A stretch of DNA of 33,000 nt, taken from contig NC_043005.1 of assembly GCF_006345805.1 (NCBI RefSeq), positions 83,297,001 to 83,330,000 on the forward strand, given 5' to 3'. The first letter of the stretch is position 1; every line of letters begins with the position of its first letter. The DNA comes from Octopus sinensis. Its lineage: Eukaryota. Shown piece after piece: positions 1-9,232 of this stretch. The position numbers and the translations under genes are program-made. The notes beneath the pieces are model-generated. The model saw only the letters and a list, made by a program, of their open reading frames with translations. It was not told where the DNA came from and made no database searches.

Positions 1-471
1 TATAGATCTCTCTCGATCATGTTATCTCTAGTCAATTTATCACTGACTACCAGTTCGTTCTATGCCACAAAAGAAAATTACGATCTTCATTTAGACCCTC
101 GTGCTCTGTCATCCTCTATATGGTGGTACTAGCTTGTGGCCACGCATATGATATACTAACTTGCGCTGGCTTTCTCATTCCGTCTTCAAAATTGAAAACA
201 AAGTCACAGGTCCAATAAGTCATATTCCAGCAAGTTGATAAGATATCCCTTCACACATTGGCTAGACTATAGTTAGTAAATGCTAGCAAAAGAATTGCTA
301 GTTTTGTCTGAGTTGCTCAATATAATGGGTGTTTTCACACATACATTGTGTGTGTATTGTTACTGTTTCTGTTATTGATATTGTTGTTACTATTATTGGT
401 GTTATTTAAATTGACGTTTTTAAACACAAAAATTTTCCTGAAATATTTGTGGGCCTAACTCAGAATAAATG

Positions 472-1411
472 AGAGGAGAATATTCTACTTCAAAATAATG
501 GTGTCCAATCAGAAATTGTTGATGCAACACTAAAGAGGTCTTTTCTTTGCAATCATGAGAATGTAGTGGAGATGACAACCAATCTAAGACTTCTTACAGA
601 ATGTCATTCTGATGAAAGAGAGTTTGCTAAGTACCTTCTTGATGTAGGAAATGGTAACATTTCTGTTGAACAAAGCCTAGGTGAATTCAAAATCAAACTA
701 TCCAATGACCTTTGCTTTGAAAGTGGTATTCTTTCAGATCTATGTGACTTTGTATAAGCTGACCTCAAAAATAACTTCACAAACCCTGTGCAGCTTGCAA
801 ATAGAACCATCATTACTCTAACAAATGAAACAGCACAATTTGTAAATGAGTTTCTGTTGATCAGGATCCCTGGTGAGCTAAAAATATACAGAAGCTCAGA
901 TACAGTTGATAATGAAACTCTGTACTCAATCGAGTTCATCAACAAACTTACACCATCAGGGTTTCCACCACACATTCTCAAACTGAAGGAAAATCAATGC
1001 ATAATGCTTCTGAGAAATTTAGATGCTACAAATGGACATTGCAATGGCACACACTACATCATTGTCAGTTTACATGATCATGTTATTGAGGCTGTGGTTG
1101 CTTCTGGTCCTTATGCAGGATCAACTCTGTTAATCCCAAGAATACCACATGTATCTCAAGAAATGGAATTTCCATTTACATTTACATGCAAACAATTTCC
1201 TGTCAAGCCAGCTTTTGCCTTGACATGCAACAAGACACAGACAGACTTTTGAACAAATTGGAATATATTTTCCGACACAATTCTTCTCTCAAGGTCAGCT
1301 GTATGTTGCATTATCTACAGTTTGAAAGAAAGCTAATGTAAAATTATTGGCTGAGAAAATGGAAACAGTATGATTACTGACAATTGTGTCTACAAGGAGA
1401 TACTACTTTAA
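472..1411 (+). pseudogene. Helitron RepHel protein, C-terminal PIF1-like helicase fragment (disrupted)
   Basis: Translation gives SEIVDATLKRSFL, TNLRLL, FAKYLLDVGNG, FINKLTPSGFPPHILKLK, IMLLRNLD..NGHCNGT, LLIPRIP, FPVKPAFALTCNKTQ. After a frameshift near 1240 it continues QTFEQIGIYF..FSQGQLYVALS and ends VYKEILL* (stop 1409-1411). These are PIF1/Helitron helicase motifs. There is an in-frame TAA at 755-757 (ORFs 566 and 788 share a frame). Element termini were not found. Confidence 0.9.
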
Positions 1412-1654
1412 AGCAAAATATGCTTTTTAGCAAGTTTCAGTAAATAGAATTAACACATAAGATATATGTATAGTAACAAATTTGTGTGGGATTAAATTGT
1501 TTTGGCATATTTCAATACATACCAAATGAATGATATTGTTATATTAGATCATTTTACATTTGGGTATATTTGAAAAAGTAAGGAAACGTCATTCCCATGT
1601 GTTCTCACAGCACCAGACTTTTGTGTGTGTATCCCTCCACCCCTCCATCATTCC

Positions 1655-1680
1655 ATCTATCTATCTATCTATCTATCTAT
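1655..1680. repeat. (ATCT)n microsatellite
   Basis: Direct reading. Confidence 0.95.
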
Positions 1681-1868
1681 GCACACCTATGTAAGTTCTA
1701 CCAATTATTAATCTAAGTTCTACCAATTATTAATTATATTTATATATAATAGACTGACTCTTTAAAAAGAAAGATTATGACTGATAAAATAATGACAGCA
1801 ATATTTACTAACCGAGTAAGCACTGTTATACAAAGAAATAATTAGACGTAAAATATAAAATTTATTAG

Positions 1869-2014
1869 AATTGGAAATCAAGTGTGGAAATATCGAATGG
1901 CTAGCAGAAAACTGCTCAGAGGGCGGTCTTTCTGCTGGTGTCTTTCTAACGATAATGTTAATGTTACTCATGTTATTGCTGGCATCACTTATTTTAATTT
2001 GTTTAATCTGGTAA
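1869..2014 (+). CDS. Candidate exon encoding a C-terminal hydrophobic (TM or GPI-signal-like) segment
   Basis: Acceptor tttattAG at 1867-1868, then an open frame LEIKCGNIEWLAENCSEGGLSAGVFLTIMLMLLMLLLASLILICLIW* (TAA 2012-2014); alternative donor TG|GTAATC at 2011. No homolog recognised. AT-rich DNA easily encodes I/L/M runs. Confidence 0.25.
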
Positions 2015-2540
2015 TCTAATATAAATCTCTGCTAAGTTCCCCCTTTTCTTGTTTCCTGTTTATTTCTATAATTGCTTGTCTAGTCATGTATTTGTATTGA
2101 AACTGATAATCTGTTTTCTTCTGAGATACAACAGCTAGAAATAAAAATACAAGTCAGTCTGCTTCATGGTTCCCACAGACATAATGGAAAAGGCTTTGCC
2201 CCAGAGGATGGCAAAAGAGACACACTGGAACAGCCACTCCAACTCATGGGACTCACGCTAAAGCATAAATTTATAGATATTCAGGATGTTTCATTATGTT
2301 AAATATTTTGACTGTCTGCAATTTGAAAACATCATTTCAGAATAATATAAGCCTTCTCCCCCTCTCTCACTTTTTCTTTCTTGTGTTTTTTTCTATTTTT
2401 CTATAGATTTCATTATTTCCATTTATTTGTCTCCACATCTTTCTCTCTCTATATATATTTTTTTTCTCCATATGAGTCACTACTTTCTTTGGCTTAAGTG
2501 TAATACATGGACAAAATTGACAGGCCACAGGAACACATAT

Positions 2541-2774
2541 GATAATAATAATGATAATAATAAGTTTCAAATTTTGGCACAAGGCCAGCAATTTGGGGAA
2601 GGAGGTAAGTCCATTGCATTGACCCCAAAACTCAATTAGTACTTATTTTATCAACCCCAAAAGGATGAAAGGCAAAGTCAACCTTGACAGAATTACAACT
2701 CAGAACATAAGGATGAATGAAATACTACTAAGCACTTTGCCTGGCATGTTAATGGTTCTGCCAGCTTGCAGCTT
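2541..2774 (-). mobile_element. tRNA-derived SINE (family 2), diverged copy
   Basis: Reverse complement matches the copy at 14209-14410 (ttctgagtt..aattc, tttgcctttcatcctttt, aaaataagtac); (ATT)n tail at the left end. Confidence 0.8.
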
Positions 2775-3017
2775 TAATAATGATAATAATAATAATAATA
2801 ATAATAATAAACCTTTCTACAACAGACACAAGGCCTGACATTTTTGGGGAAGGGACCAGTCGATTACAGTGTGTAACTGATACTAATTTAATCAACCCTG
2901 ACAGGAAGAAAGGCAAAACCAACTTTGGTAGTATTTGAACTCCGAACATAAAACCAAACAAAATACCACTAAGTATTTTTGTCTGATATCCTAAGAATTC
3001 AGCCAGCTGACTGTCTT
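2775..3017 (-). mobile_element. tRNA-derived SINE (family 2), diverged copy
   Basis: Same motifs as the adjacent copy; (AAT)n tail 2775-2810. Confidence 0.75.
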
Positions 3018-3023
3018 CTAGTA

Positions 3024-3193
3024 AATAACAACAACAATTGTTTCAAATTTGAGCACAAGATCAGCAAATTTTCAGAGGGAGGAGCAAATCACTGAAAAAG
3101 ACAGAAGGATCTGAACTGAGAATGTGAAAGCCAGAAGAAATGCTATTAAGTATTTTGACCAACTTGCTAATGATTATGCTAGTTTGCCACCTT
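3024..3193 (-). mobile_element. tRNA-derived SINE (family 2), internally deleted old copy
   Basis: Retains head (tttgaccaacttgctaatgattatgctagtttgccacc) and 3' part (tttcaaatttgagcacaag); the central part is missing. Confidence 0.6.
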
Positions 3194-3704
3194 CTAATAA
3201 ATAACAACATCAACAACAATTAATAATAAAACATATCACTTAAGCAGTAGTAAATCCATAAATTTTTGTTTTCTTATCCTCCATTATTTAAAGCTGTAAA
3301 TTCACACACACACATACACACACACACAGGGTATAAAGAATAAAAAACATTCATTTGTTTACTTTTCTCTAAATACGAACACAACCATTAAATTTGTTTT
3401 AACCGATTTTTTTCCATTCAACCAACTTTCGATGTTTAGTTTTCAATGCAACTCAAAATAGACTCAGCTATAGTTTCTCTATCCATTAAATCAGATAGAT
3501 GGAGTGCCAAACAAAGATAGAGATATATTCCAGAGAGCTGAATTAAACGGCTTAGTGATGCATGAATACTTCATGGATGTTTCAGGTTTTTGTTATTGTA
3601 TCTTTTTTCTCTTGGAGGGAGAGGGGGTGGGGTATTTTTTGCTGATTTTGTTTTCTTCTATTGCACCTGTCTTCTTTAGCATTCTGATAGGAGTGTGCAC
3701 AGCC

Positions 3705-3885
3705 ACCACACATATACACATGTATTCAAGTGTATGTATGTGTATATACACACAAATATATGTGTATATATATATATGTATGCATGTATATGTATATACT
3801 TATATACATATACATGCATACATATATATATATTTATTTATATATATATATATATATATACATATATATATGTATTTATATAGAC
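3705..3885. repeat. Compound (TA)/(CA)/(TG) microsatellite
   Basis: Direct reading. Confidence 0.95.
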
Positions 3886-4107
3886 ATATTTAGAAGAAAA
3901 AATGGTATTTAAAAATTCTGGCAGATATCAAGTAAGCACTCAGTATAAAAGAATAAGACAGGGACAGATAGACTCGTTCAGTCTTGTCTCGTCTCCCTAT
4001 TTGCTCCCGTTTCATAGCCACTCATCGTCTCCCCTAAAATTTGACTTCTCTGATACTTTCAAACCTACTTTCTTGCTATCACGATTAACAGAATCCTCTT
4101 GCTAGTT

Positions 4108-4151
4108 TGGGGTTGACCCGCCCACCCACCCCCTCCACACATGCCGGAAGT
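4108..4151 (+). promoter_or_regulatory. Putative internal promoter motifs of the LINE (GC/CACCC boxes, ETS site, G4 motif on minus strand)
   Basis: cccgcccacccaccccc at 4117-4133 and CCGGAAGT at 4144-4151, about 170 nt upstream of the ATG, in AT-rich DNA. Function is inferred. Confidence 0.35.
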
Positions 4152-4315
4152 TTCCTATTCTTTTCATCCCTGGGTTGCTTCCCTTGAAGACTGCAAATGC
4201 TCTTTCACCATCCCTACCCCTAGTTTCGACCTAGGTAAGGTAATGATCATACAGTGCAAAATATGAATGGGTAGTGTTATGCAGGTTGAATTGAAGGCTA
4301 CTGTATTACTTGCTC

Positions 4316-7300
4316 ATGAATTCTGCCAAATGCGAGCTTTCTTTTCAGGTACATGAAGCTACTGTCCACCGACGCAGGGTCTCTAGGGCCCATACCTCCC
4401 ACACCCTCAGGGTTGGCACCCTCAACGTTGGCACACTGAAAGGTAGGTCTGGCGAGATAGTTGAGATGTTTGAACGGAGATGTGTGGATATATGTTGCAT
4501 GCAAGAAGTAAGGTGGAGAGGAGGTTCTGCTAGGTTCCTCACAGGCAAGGAACACAGGTACAAGATTTTCTGGGCAGGGAACACTGACGGGGTTGGAGGC
4601 GTGGGTATACTTATCGCTGAGAAATGGGTAGATAAAGTAATTGAGGTAATCAGAGTATGCGACAGAATACTTAAGATTAGATTAGCACTTCATCATAGTT
4701 TAGCAACCATTATATCAGCCTATGCTCCTCAGTCGGGGCTACCTGATGGACAGAAAGACCGATTCTATGACACTCTACTACAGACTACCTCGTTGACGAA
4801 CGACAGAGACCTTCTCTTTGTGGCTGGTGACTTCAATGGTCACGTTGGACGACATGCTGGGGGCTTCCATGGCGTACATGGAGGCTATGGCTTTGGTTCC
4901 CGCAACGAGGAGGGAACCAGGCTGCTGGAGTTCTGCGATGCAAATAATCTTATGATTTGCAACACTAACTTCAGGAAACCTACCAGCCACCTAGTCACCT
5001 ACCGATCGGGCCAACATACCAGCCAAATTGACTACATCCTTGCCAGGCAAAGGGAGAGATGGCTACTTATAAATGCCAAAACCTTCCCAGGCGAAGAATG
5101 TACCCCACAACATAGACTGGTAGTTAGTGACTTTAGGATCAGGAGTAGGAGGACAACCAGAAGGCGACCAACATGGAGAAGAAGGATCTGGAAGCTTAAG
5201 GATCCTGTGAATGGACAGAGATTTAGAGACATGTTACTTGAAGCCTTTGACGGAGTAGAAGGGGATAGAGTATCACATGGGGTAGAGGACAACTGGACGT
5301 TTCTAAGGGACAACCTGCTGAGAGCCACTGACCAGATCTGTGGCTGGTGCAAAGTCCCCTCTCGTCCCAAGGTAACGTGGTGGTGGAACAGTGTCGTAGA
5401 CAGGGCTATTAGAGAAAAGAGACAGACTTGGAAGCACTGGAAGAATGGTGGTAGCAGGGAATTGTATCAGACTGCTAAAAGGGAAGCTAGGAGACAGGTC
5501 TATCTAGCCAGAGGGGAAGCAGATAAGAAAAAATTTGCCAATGTTCTGCGCCGTGAGGACCAAAGACTGGAGGTGTTTCGCGTTGCAAGACAGTGTGTGA
5601 GAGAGAATTGTGATGTGGTGGGAGAGAAGTGTGTTCGCATGGAAGATGGTTCACTTGCGCTAAACGAGGATGCAAAGAGAGAGGCTTGGAGACGCCACTA
5701 TGAAAGGTTGCTGAATAAAGAAAATGAATGGGATAAAGAGAGTCTGCCGAACGTTGAGCCAACAGAGGGACCAGCTATCAGGGTTGATAGTTCCTTGGTA
5801 GCTAAGGCAATTAGAAGCATGAAGACAGGGAAAGCCCCAGGCCCATCAGGTATCACTGCAGAGATGCTCAAAATATCTGGTAGTGTCGGCTATAGCCTAG
5901 TCACCTGTATAGTTAATCAGGTAATACATGAAGGAGTCATACCCAATGACTGGTGTAGCAGCATAATAGTCAACTGCTACAAAGGTAAAGGTGATGCCCT
6001 AGATACAAATAATTACAGAGGTATCAAGCTGTTGGATCAGGTGATGAAGGTTACAGAGAGGGTCATAAGCCAACTAATTAGAGAGAGAGTTAGTTTAGAT
6101 GAGATGCAGTTTGGTTTCGTGCCAGGGAAAAGTACCACTGATGCTATATTCCTGGTAAGGCAGCTGCAGGAGAAATACCTAGCCAAAGATAAGCCCCTGT
6201 ACCTGGCTTTTGTTGACATGGAGAAAGTCTTCGACGGGGTCCCCCGATCCCTCATATGGTGGTCAATGAGGAAACTAGGAATAGATGAATGGTTAGTGAG
6301 AGCTGTGCAAGCCATGTACAGGGACGCTGCTAGTAAGGTGAGGGTTGGCAATGAGTACAGTGAAGAATTCCGGGTGGAGGTAGGGGTCCACCAAGGCTCA
6401 GTCCTCAGCCCCCTCCTATTTATCATAGTCCTCCAGGCAATAACGGAGGAATTCAAGACAGGATGCCCCTGGGAGCTCCTCTATGCTGATGACCTTGCTC
6501 TAATTGCTGAGTCATTATCAGAACTGGAGAAGAAGTTTCAGGTGTGGAAGCATGGTTTAGAATCGAAGGGCCTTAGAGTCAACCTAGCTAAAACCAAAGT
6601 TGTAATAAGTAGGAAGGTAGACAAATCACAAACGCCTTCAGGTAGATGGCCCTGCTCGATCTGTAGAAAAGGTGTAGGTAGAAACTCTATAAGATGCACC
6701 AAGTGTAAGCTATGGACACATAAGAGGTGCAGCAATGTCATAGGAAGGCTAACTAGGAAGATGGTTTTTGTATGTGGCAGATGCTTGGGAGCATTAACCT
6801 CTGAAAATCTGCAGAAAACAACTTCCGTCACTTTCCAGGGGGAAAAACTAGAAGTAGTTGATAGCTTCTGTTATCTTGGTGACCAAGTCAGTAGTGGGGG
6901 TGGGTGTGCTGAAAGTGTAACGGCTAGAGTAAGAATAGCCTGGGCAAAGTTTAGGGAGCTCTTACCTCTGTTGGTGACTCAAGGCCTCTCGCTCAGAGTA
7001 AAAGGCAGACTGTATGATGCATGTGTACGAACAGCCATGCTACATGGCAGTGAAACATGGGCCGTGACTGCTGAGGACATGCGTAAGCTCACGAGAAATG
7101 AAGCTAGTATGCTCCGTTGGATATGTAATGTCAGTGTTCATAGTCGACAGAGTGTAAGTATTTTGAGAGAAAAGTTGGACCTAAGAGGCATCAGATGTTG
7201 TGTGCAAGAGAGACGATTGCGCTGGTATGGTCATGTGGTGAGAATGGATGAAGATAGGTGTGTGAAAAAGTGCCACACCCTGGCAGTTGAGGGGACCTGT

Positions 7301-7438
7301 GGAAGAGGTAGACCCAGGAAAACCTGGGTCGAGGTGGTGAAGCACGACCTTCGAACTCTAGGTCTCACCAAGGAAATGACCAGAGACCGAGACCTATGGA
7401 AGTATGCTGTGCGTGAGAAGACCCGGCAAGACCAGTGA
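4316..7438 (+). CDS. LINE endonuclease-reverse transcriptase (APE + RT with inserted PHD-like finger), ~1040 aa, uninterrupted
   Basis: APE motifs GTLNVGTL, CMQEVR, SAYAPQ, AGDFNGH, SQIDYIL. RT motifs YRGIKLL, QFGF, AFVDMEKVFD, GVHQGSVLSPLLF, LLYADDL, GLRVNLAKTKV, FCYLG. RTE C-terminus MLHGSETW, RRLRWYGHV, GRGRPRKTW. First ATG at 4316 (the track starts at TTG 4310). Confidence 0.97.
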   Translation: MNSAKCELSFQVHEATVHRRRVSRAHTSHTLRVGTLNVGTLKGRSGEIVEMFERRCVDICCMQEVRWRGGSARFLTGKEHRYKIFWAGNTDGVGGVGILIAEKWVDKVIEVIRVCDRILKIRLALHHSLATIISAYAPQSGLPDGQKDRFYDTLLQTTSLTNDRDLLFVAGDFNGHVGRHAGGFHGVHGGYGFGSRNEEGTRLLEFCDANNLMICNTNFRKPTSHLVTYRSGQHTSQIDYILARQRERWLLINAKTFPGEECTPQHRLVVSDFRIRSRRTTRRRPTWRRRIWKLKDPVNGQRFRDMLLEAFDGVEGDRVSHGVEDNWTFLRDNLLRATDQICGWCKVPSRPKVTWWWNSVVDRAIREKRQTWKHWKNGGSRELYQTAKREARRQVYLARGEADKKKFANVLRREDQRLEVFRVARQCVRENCDVVGEKCVRMEDGSLALNEDAKREAWRRHYERLLNKENEWDKESLPNVEPTEGPAIRVDSSLVAKAIRSMKTGKAPGPSGITAEMLKISGSVGYSLVTCIVNQVIHEGVIPNDWCSSIIVNCYKGKGDALDTNNYRGIKLLDQVMKVTERVISQLIRERVSLDEMQFGFVPGKSTTDAIFLVRQLQEKYLAKDKPLYLAFVDMEKVFDGVPRSLIWWSMRKLGIDEWLVRAVQAMYRDAASKVRVGNEYSEEFRVEVGVHQGSVLSPLLFIIVLQAITEEFKTGCPWELLYADDLALIAESLSELEKKFQVWKHGLESKGLRVNLAKTKVVISRKVDKSQTPSGRWPCSICRKGVGRNSIRCTKCKLWTHKRCSNVIGRLTRKMVFVCGRCLGALTSENLQKTTSVTFQGEKLEVVDSFCYLGDQVSSGGGCAESVTARVRIAWAKFRELLPLLVTQGLSLRVKGRLYDACVRTAMLHGSETWAVTAEDMRKLTRNEASMLRWICNVSVHSRQSVSILREKLDLRGIRCCVQERRLRWYGHVVRMDEDRCVKKCHTLAVEGTCGRGRPRKTWVEVVKHDLRTLGLTKEMTRDRDLWKYAVREKTRQDQ

Positions 7439-7484
7439 GAACAATCAAAATCAAATCATATATCAGAAAGCAGGGGTTAAGTGA

Positions 7485-8222
7485 CCCATCTGTTCGTGTC
7501 CGCTGTCAGCCTCGTCTGGCACCCGTGCCGGTGATACGTAAAAGCACCATTCGCTCGTGGCCGTTTGCCAGCTCTGCCTGGACCCCGTGTCAGTGGCACG
7601 TAAAAGCACCATCCGTTCGTGTTCATTGCCAGCCTCGCCTGGCCCCGTGCCGGTGACACGTAAAAGCACCGTCCGTTCGTGGCCGTTTGCCAGCTCTGTC
7701 TGGCCCCGTGTCGGTGGCACGTAAAAGCACCATCCGTTCGTGTCCGTTGCCAGCCTCGGCTGGCCCCCGTGCCGGTGACACGTAAAAGCACCGTCCGTTC
7801 GTGGCCGTTTGACAGCTCTGTCTGGCAACCGTGTCGGTGGCACATAAAAGCACCATCCGTTCGTGTCCGTTGCCAGCCTCGGCTGGCCCCCGTGCCGGTG
7901 ACACGTAAAAGCACCGTCCGTTCGTGGCCGTTTGCCAGCTCTGTCTGGCAACCATGTCGGTGGCACGTAAAAGCACCATCCGTTCGCGTCCGTTGCCAGC
8001 CTCGGCTGGCCCCCATGCCGGTGACACGTAAAAGCACCGTCCGTACGTGGCCGTTTGCCAGCTCTGTCTGGCCCTGTGTCGGTGGCATGTAAAAGCACCA
8101 TCTGTTCATGTCCGTTGCCAGCATCGCCTGGCCCCGTGCCGGTGACACGTAAAAGCACCATCCGTTCGTGGCCGTTCGCCAGCTCTGTCTGGCACCTGTG
8201 CAGGTGGCACGTAAAAAACACC
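7485..8222 (+). repeat. Higher-order tandem array in the LINE 3' UTR: 12 monomers of 60-63 bp as six A/B dimers (~122 bp)
   Basis: Monomers end in TAAAAGCACC at 7548, 7610, 7670, 7731, 7792, 7854, 7915, 7977, 8038, 8099, 8159, with a variant at 8222. A type: gtgtccgttgccagcctcg.ctggccc.cgtgccggtgacacg. B type: gtggccgtttgccagctctgtctggc...cgtgtcggtggcacg. Confidence 0.97.
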
Positions 8223-8405
8223 CACTACACTTGCGGAGTGGTTGGCATTAGGAAGGGTATCCAGCCGTAGAAACACTGCTAGATCTGACTGGGCCTGACG
8301 AAGCCTTCCAGCTTCACAGACCTCAGTTGACCCGTCCAACCCATGCTAGCATGAAAAGCGGACGCTAAATGATGATGATGATGATGATGATGATGATATA
8401 TATAT

Positions 8406-8712
8406 CATGGCATTCTGTCAGTTATGACGATGAGGGTTCCAATTGATCCGATCAATGGAACAACCTGCTCGTGAAATTAACGTGCAAGTGGCTGAGCGCT
8501 CCACAGATATGTGTACTAATAATGTAGTTCTCGAGGAGATTCAGTATGAGACAAAGTATGACAAGGCTTGCCCTTTGAAATACAGGTACAACAGAAACAG
8601 GAAGAAAGAATGAGAGAAAGTTGTGGTGAAAGAGTACAGCAGGGTTAGCTGGAGCCTCATTGGGCTTTAGGTGTTTTCACTCAATAAACATTCACAACAT
8701 CCGGTCTGGGAA
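8406..8712 (-). mobile_element. tRNA-derived SINE (family 1), 5'-truncated and CpG-decayed
   Basis: Reverse complement aligns along its length with the copy at 11807-12190. Confidence 0.9.
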
Positions 8713-9232
8713 CGGTCTAGGGTATTGCACTATAGAAAAGGAATAAAGATAGCCTAATCACTAAAACCATTACAAAGCATTACCCAATTTACTTCAATAG
8801 AGAAGATTTATATAAAATTTATAATAATTAAATATTGTGAACTAAAAGTTGTTTATTAACTTATTTAGCTTAATACAATCAAGACTGATAACCAGTATTT
8901 GTTAAAAGAATACATGTGTGTATGAGCATGTGTGTCTGTGTTTGCGAGTACATGTGTGTGTGAGTGTGTCTGTATCACAGTGTGTCATCACCTGTATGTG
9001 TATGTGTATATGTGTGTGTGAGCGAATGTATATATGTGTGTGTGTGTGTGTCCATGGGTCTTTGCAAAACCTCTGCTTAATATGAATATTTACTATTCAA
9101 AACCAGTCGTGCTTCGTTTATCCAGACTAACTCTCATATCTGTCGTAACAATGTGGCATTCAGGTGTCTAGACAGGATTTCTATGCTAATTTGGTTCAGC
9201 ACACCACCACATTCTTCTTTGGCATACTGATC

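Larger units (their letters stand above)
4100..8397 (+). mobile_element. RTE-clade LINE, near full length (5' boundary uncertain, possibly ~3950)
   Basis: Single long APE+RT ORF, 3' UTR with tandem array, terminal module ggttggcattaggaagggtatccagccgtagaaac...catgctagcatgaaaagcggacgctaa, and an (ATG)n tail 8369-8397. Single ORF with a short-tandem tail is typical of RTE. No TSD identified. Confidence 0.92.

Noticed and set aside
1692-1735. 21-bp direct repeat taagttctaccaattattaat x2
   Set aside because: Simple local slippage duplication with no associated structure.
3504-3912. ORFs rich in Y/I/H/C/V (also 23338-23784, 28164-28481, 32505-32793, and the first ~50 aa of 27586..28458)
   Set aside because: Translations of (TA)/(CA)/(TG) microsatellites.
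4298-6831. Minus-strand ORFs within the LINE ORF
   Set aside because: Antisense shadows of a long coding frame, with no recognisable motifs.
7520-7560. Resemblance of the monomer to twister or pistol ribozymes
   Set aside because: Only fragments match (GCCGGU, a CGUG/CACG stem, UAAAA); the remaining conserved core elements of those classes were not found.
7485-8222. CRISPR-like appearance (constant TAAAAGCACC motif with intervening sequence)
   Set aside because: The intervening parts are near-identical alternating A/B units, not unique spacers; the context is a eukaryotic LINE with no cas genes.
8295-8330. CTGACGA hammerhead-like core in the LINE tail
   Set aside because: No GAAA follows the possible stem II, and the related copies read ctggtgcagcc at this position.
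7435-8339. Several overlapping ORFs across the tandem array
   Set aside because: They are by-products of a GC-rich, stop-poor repeat read in many frames on both strands.
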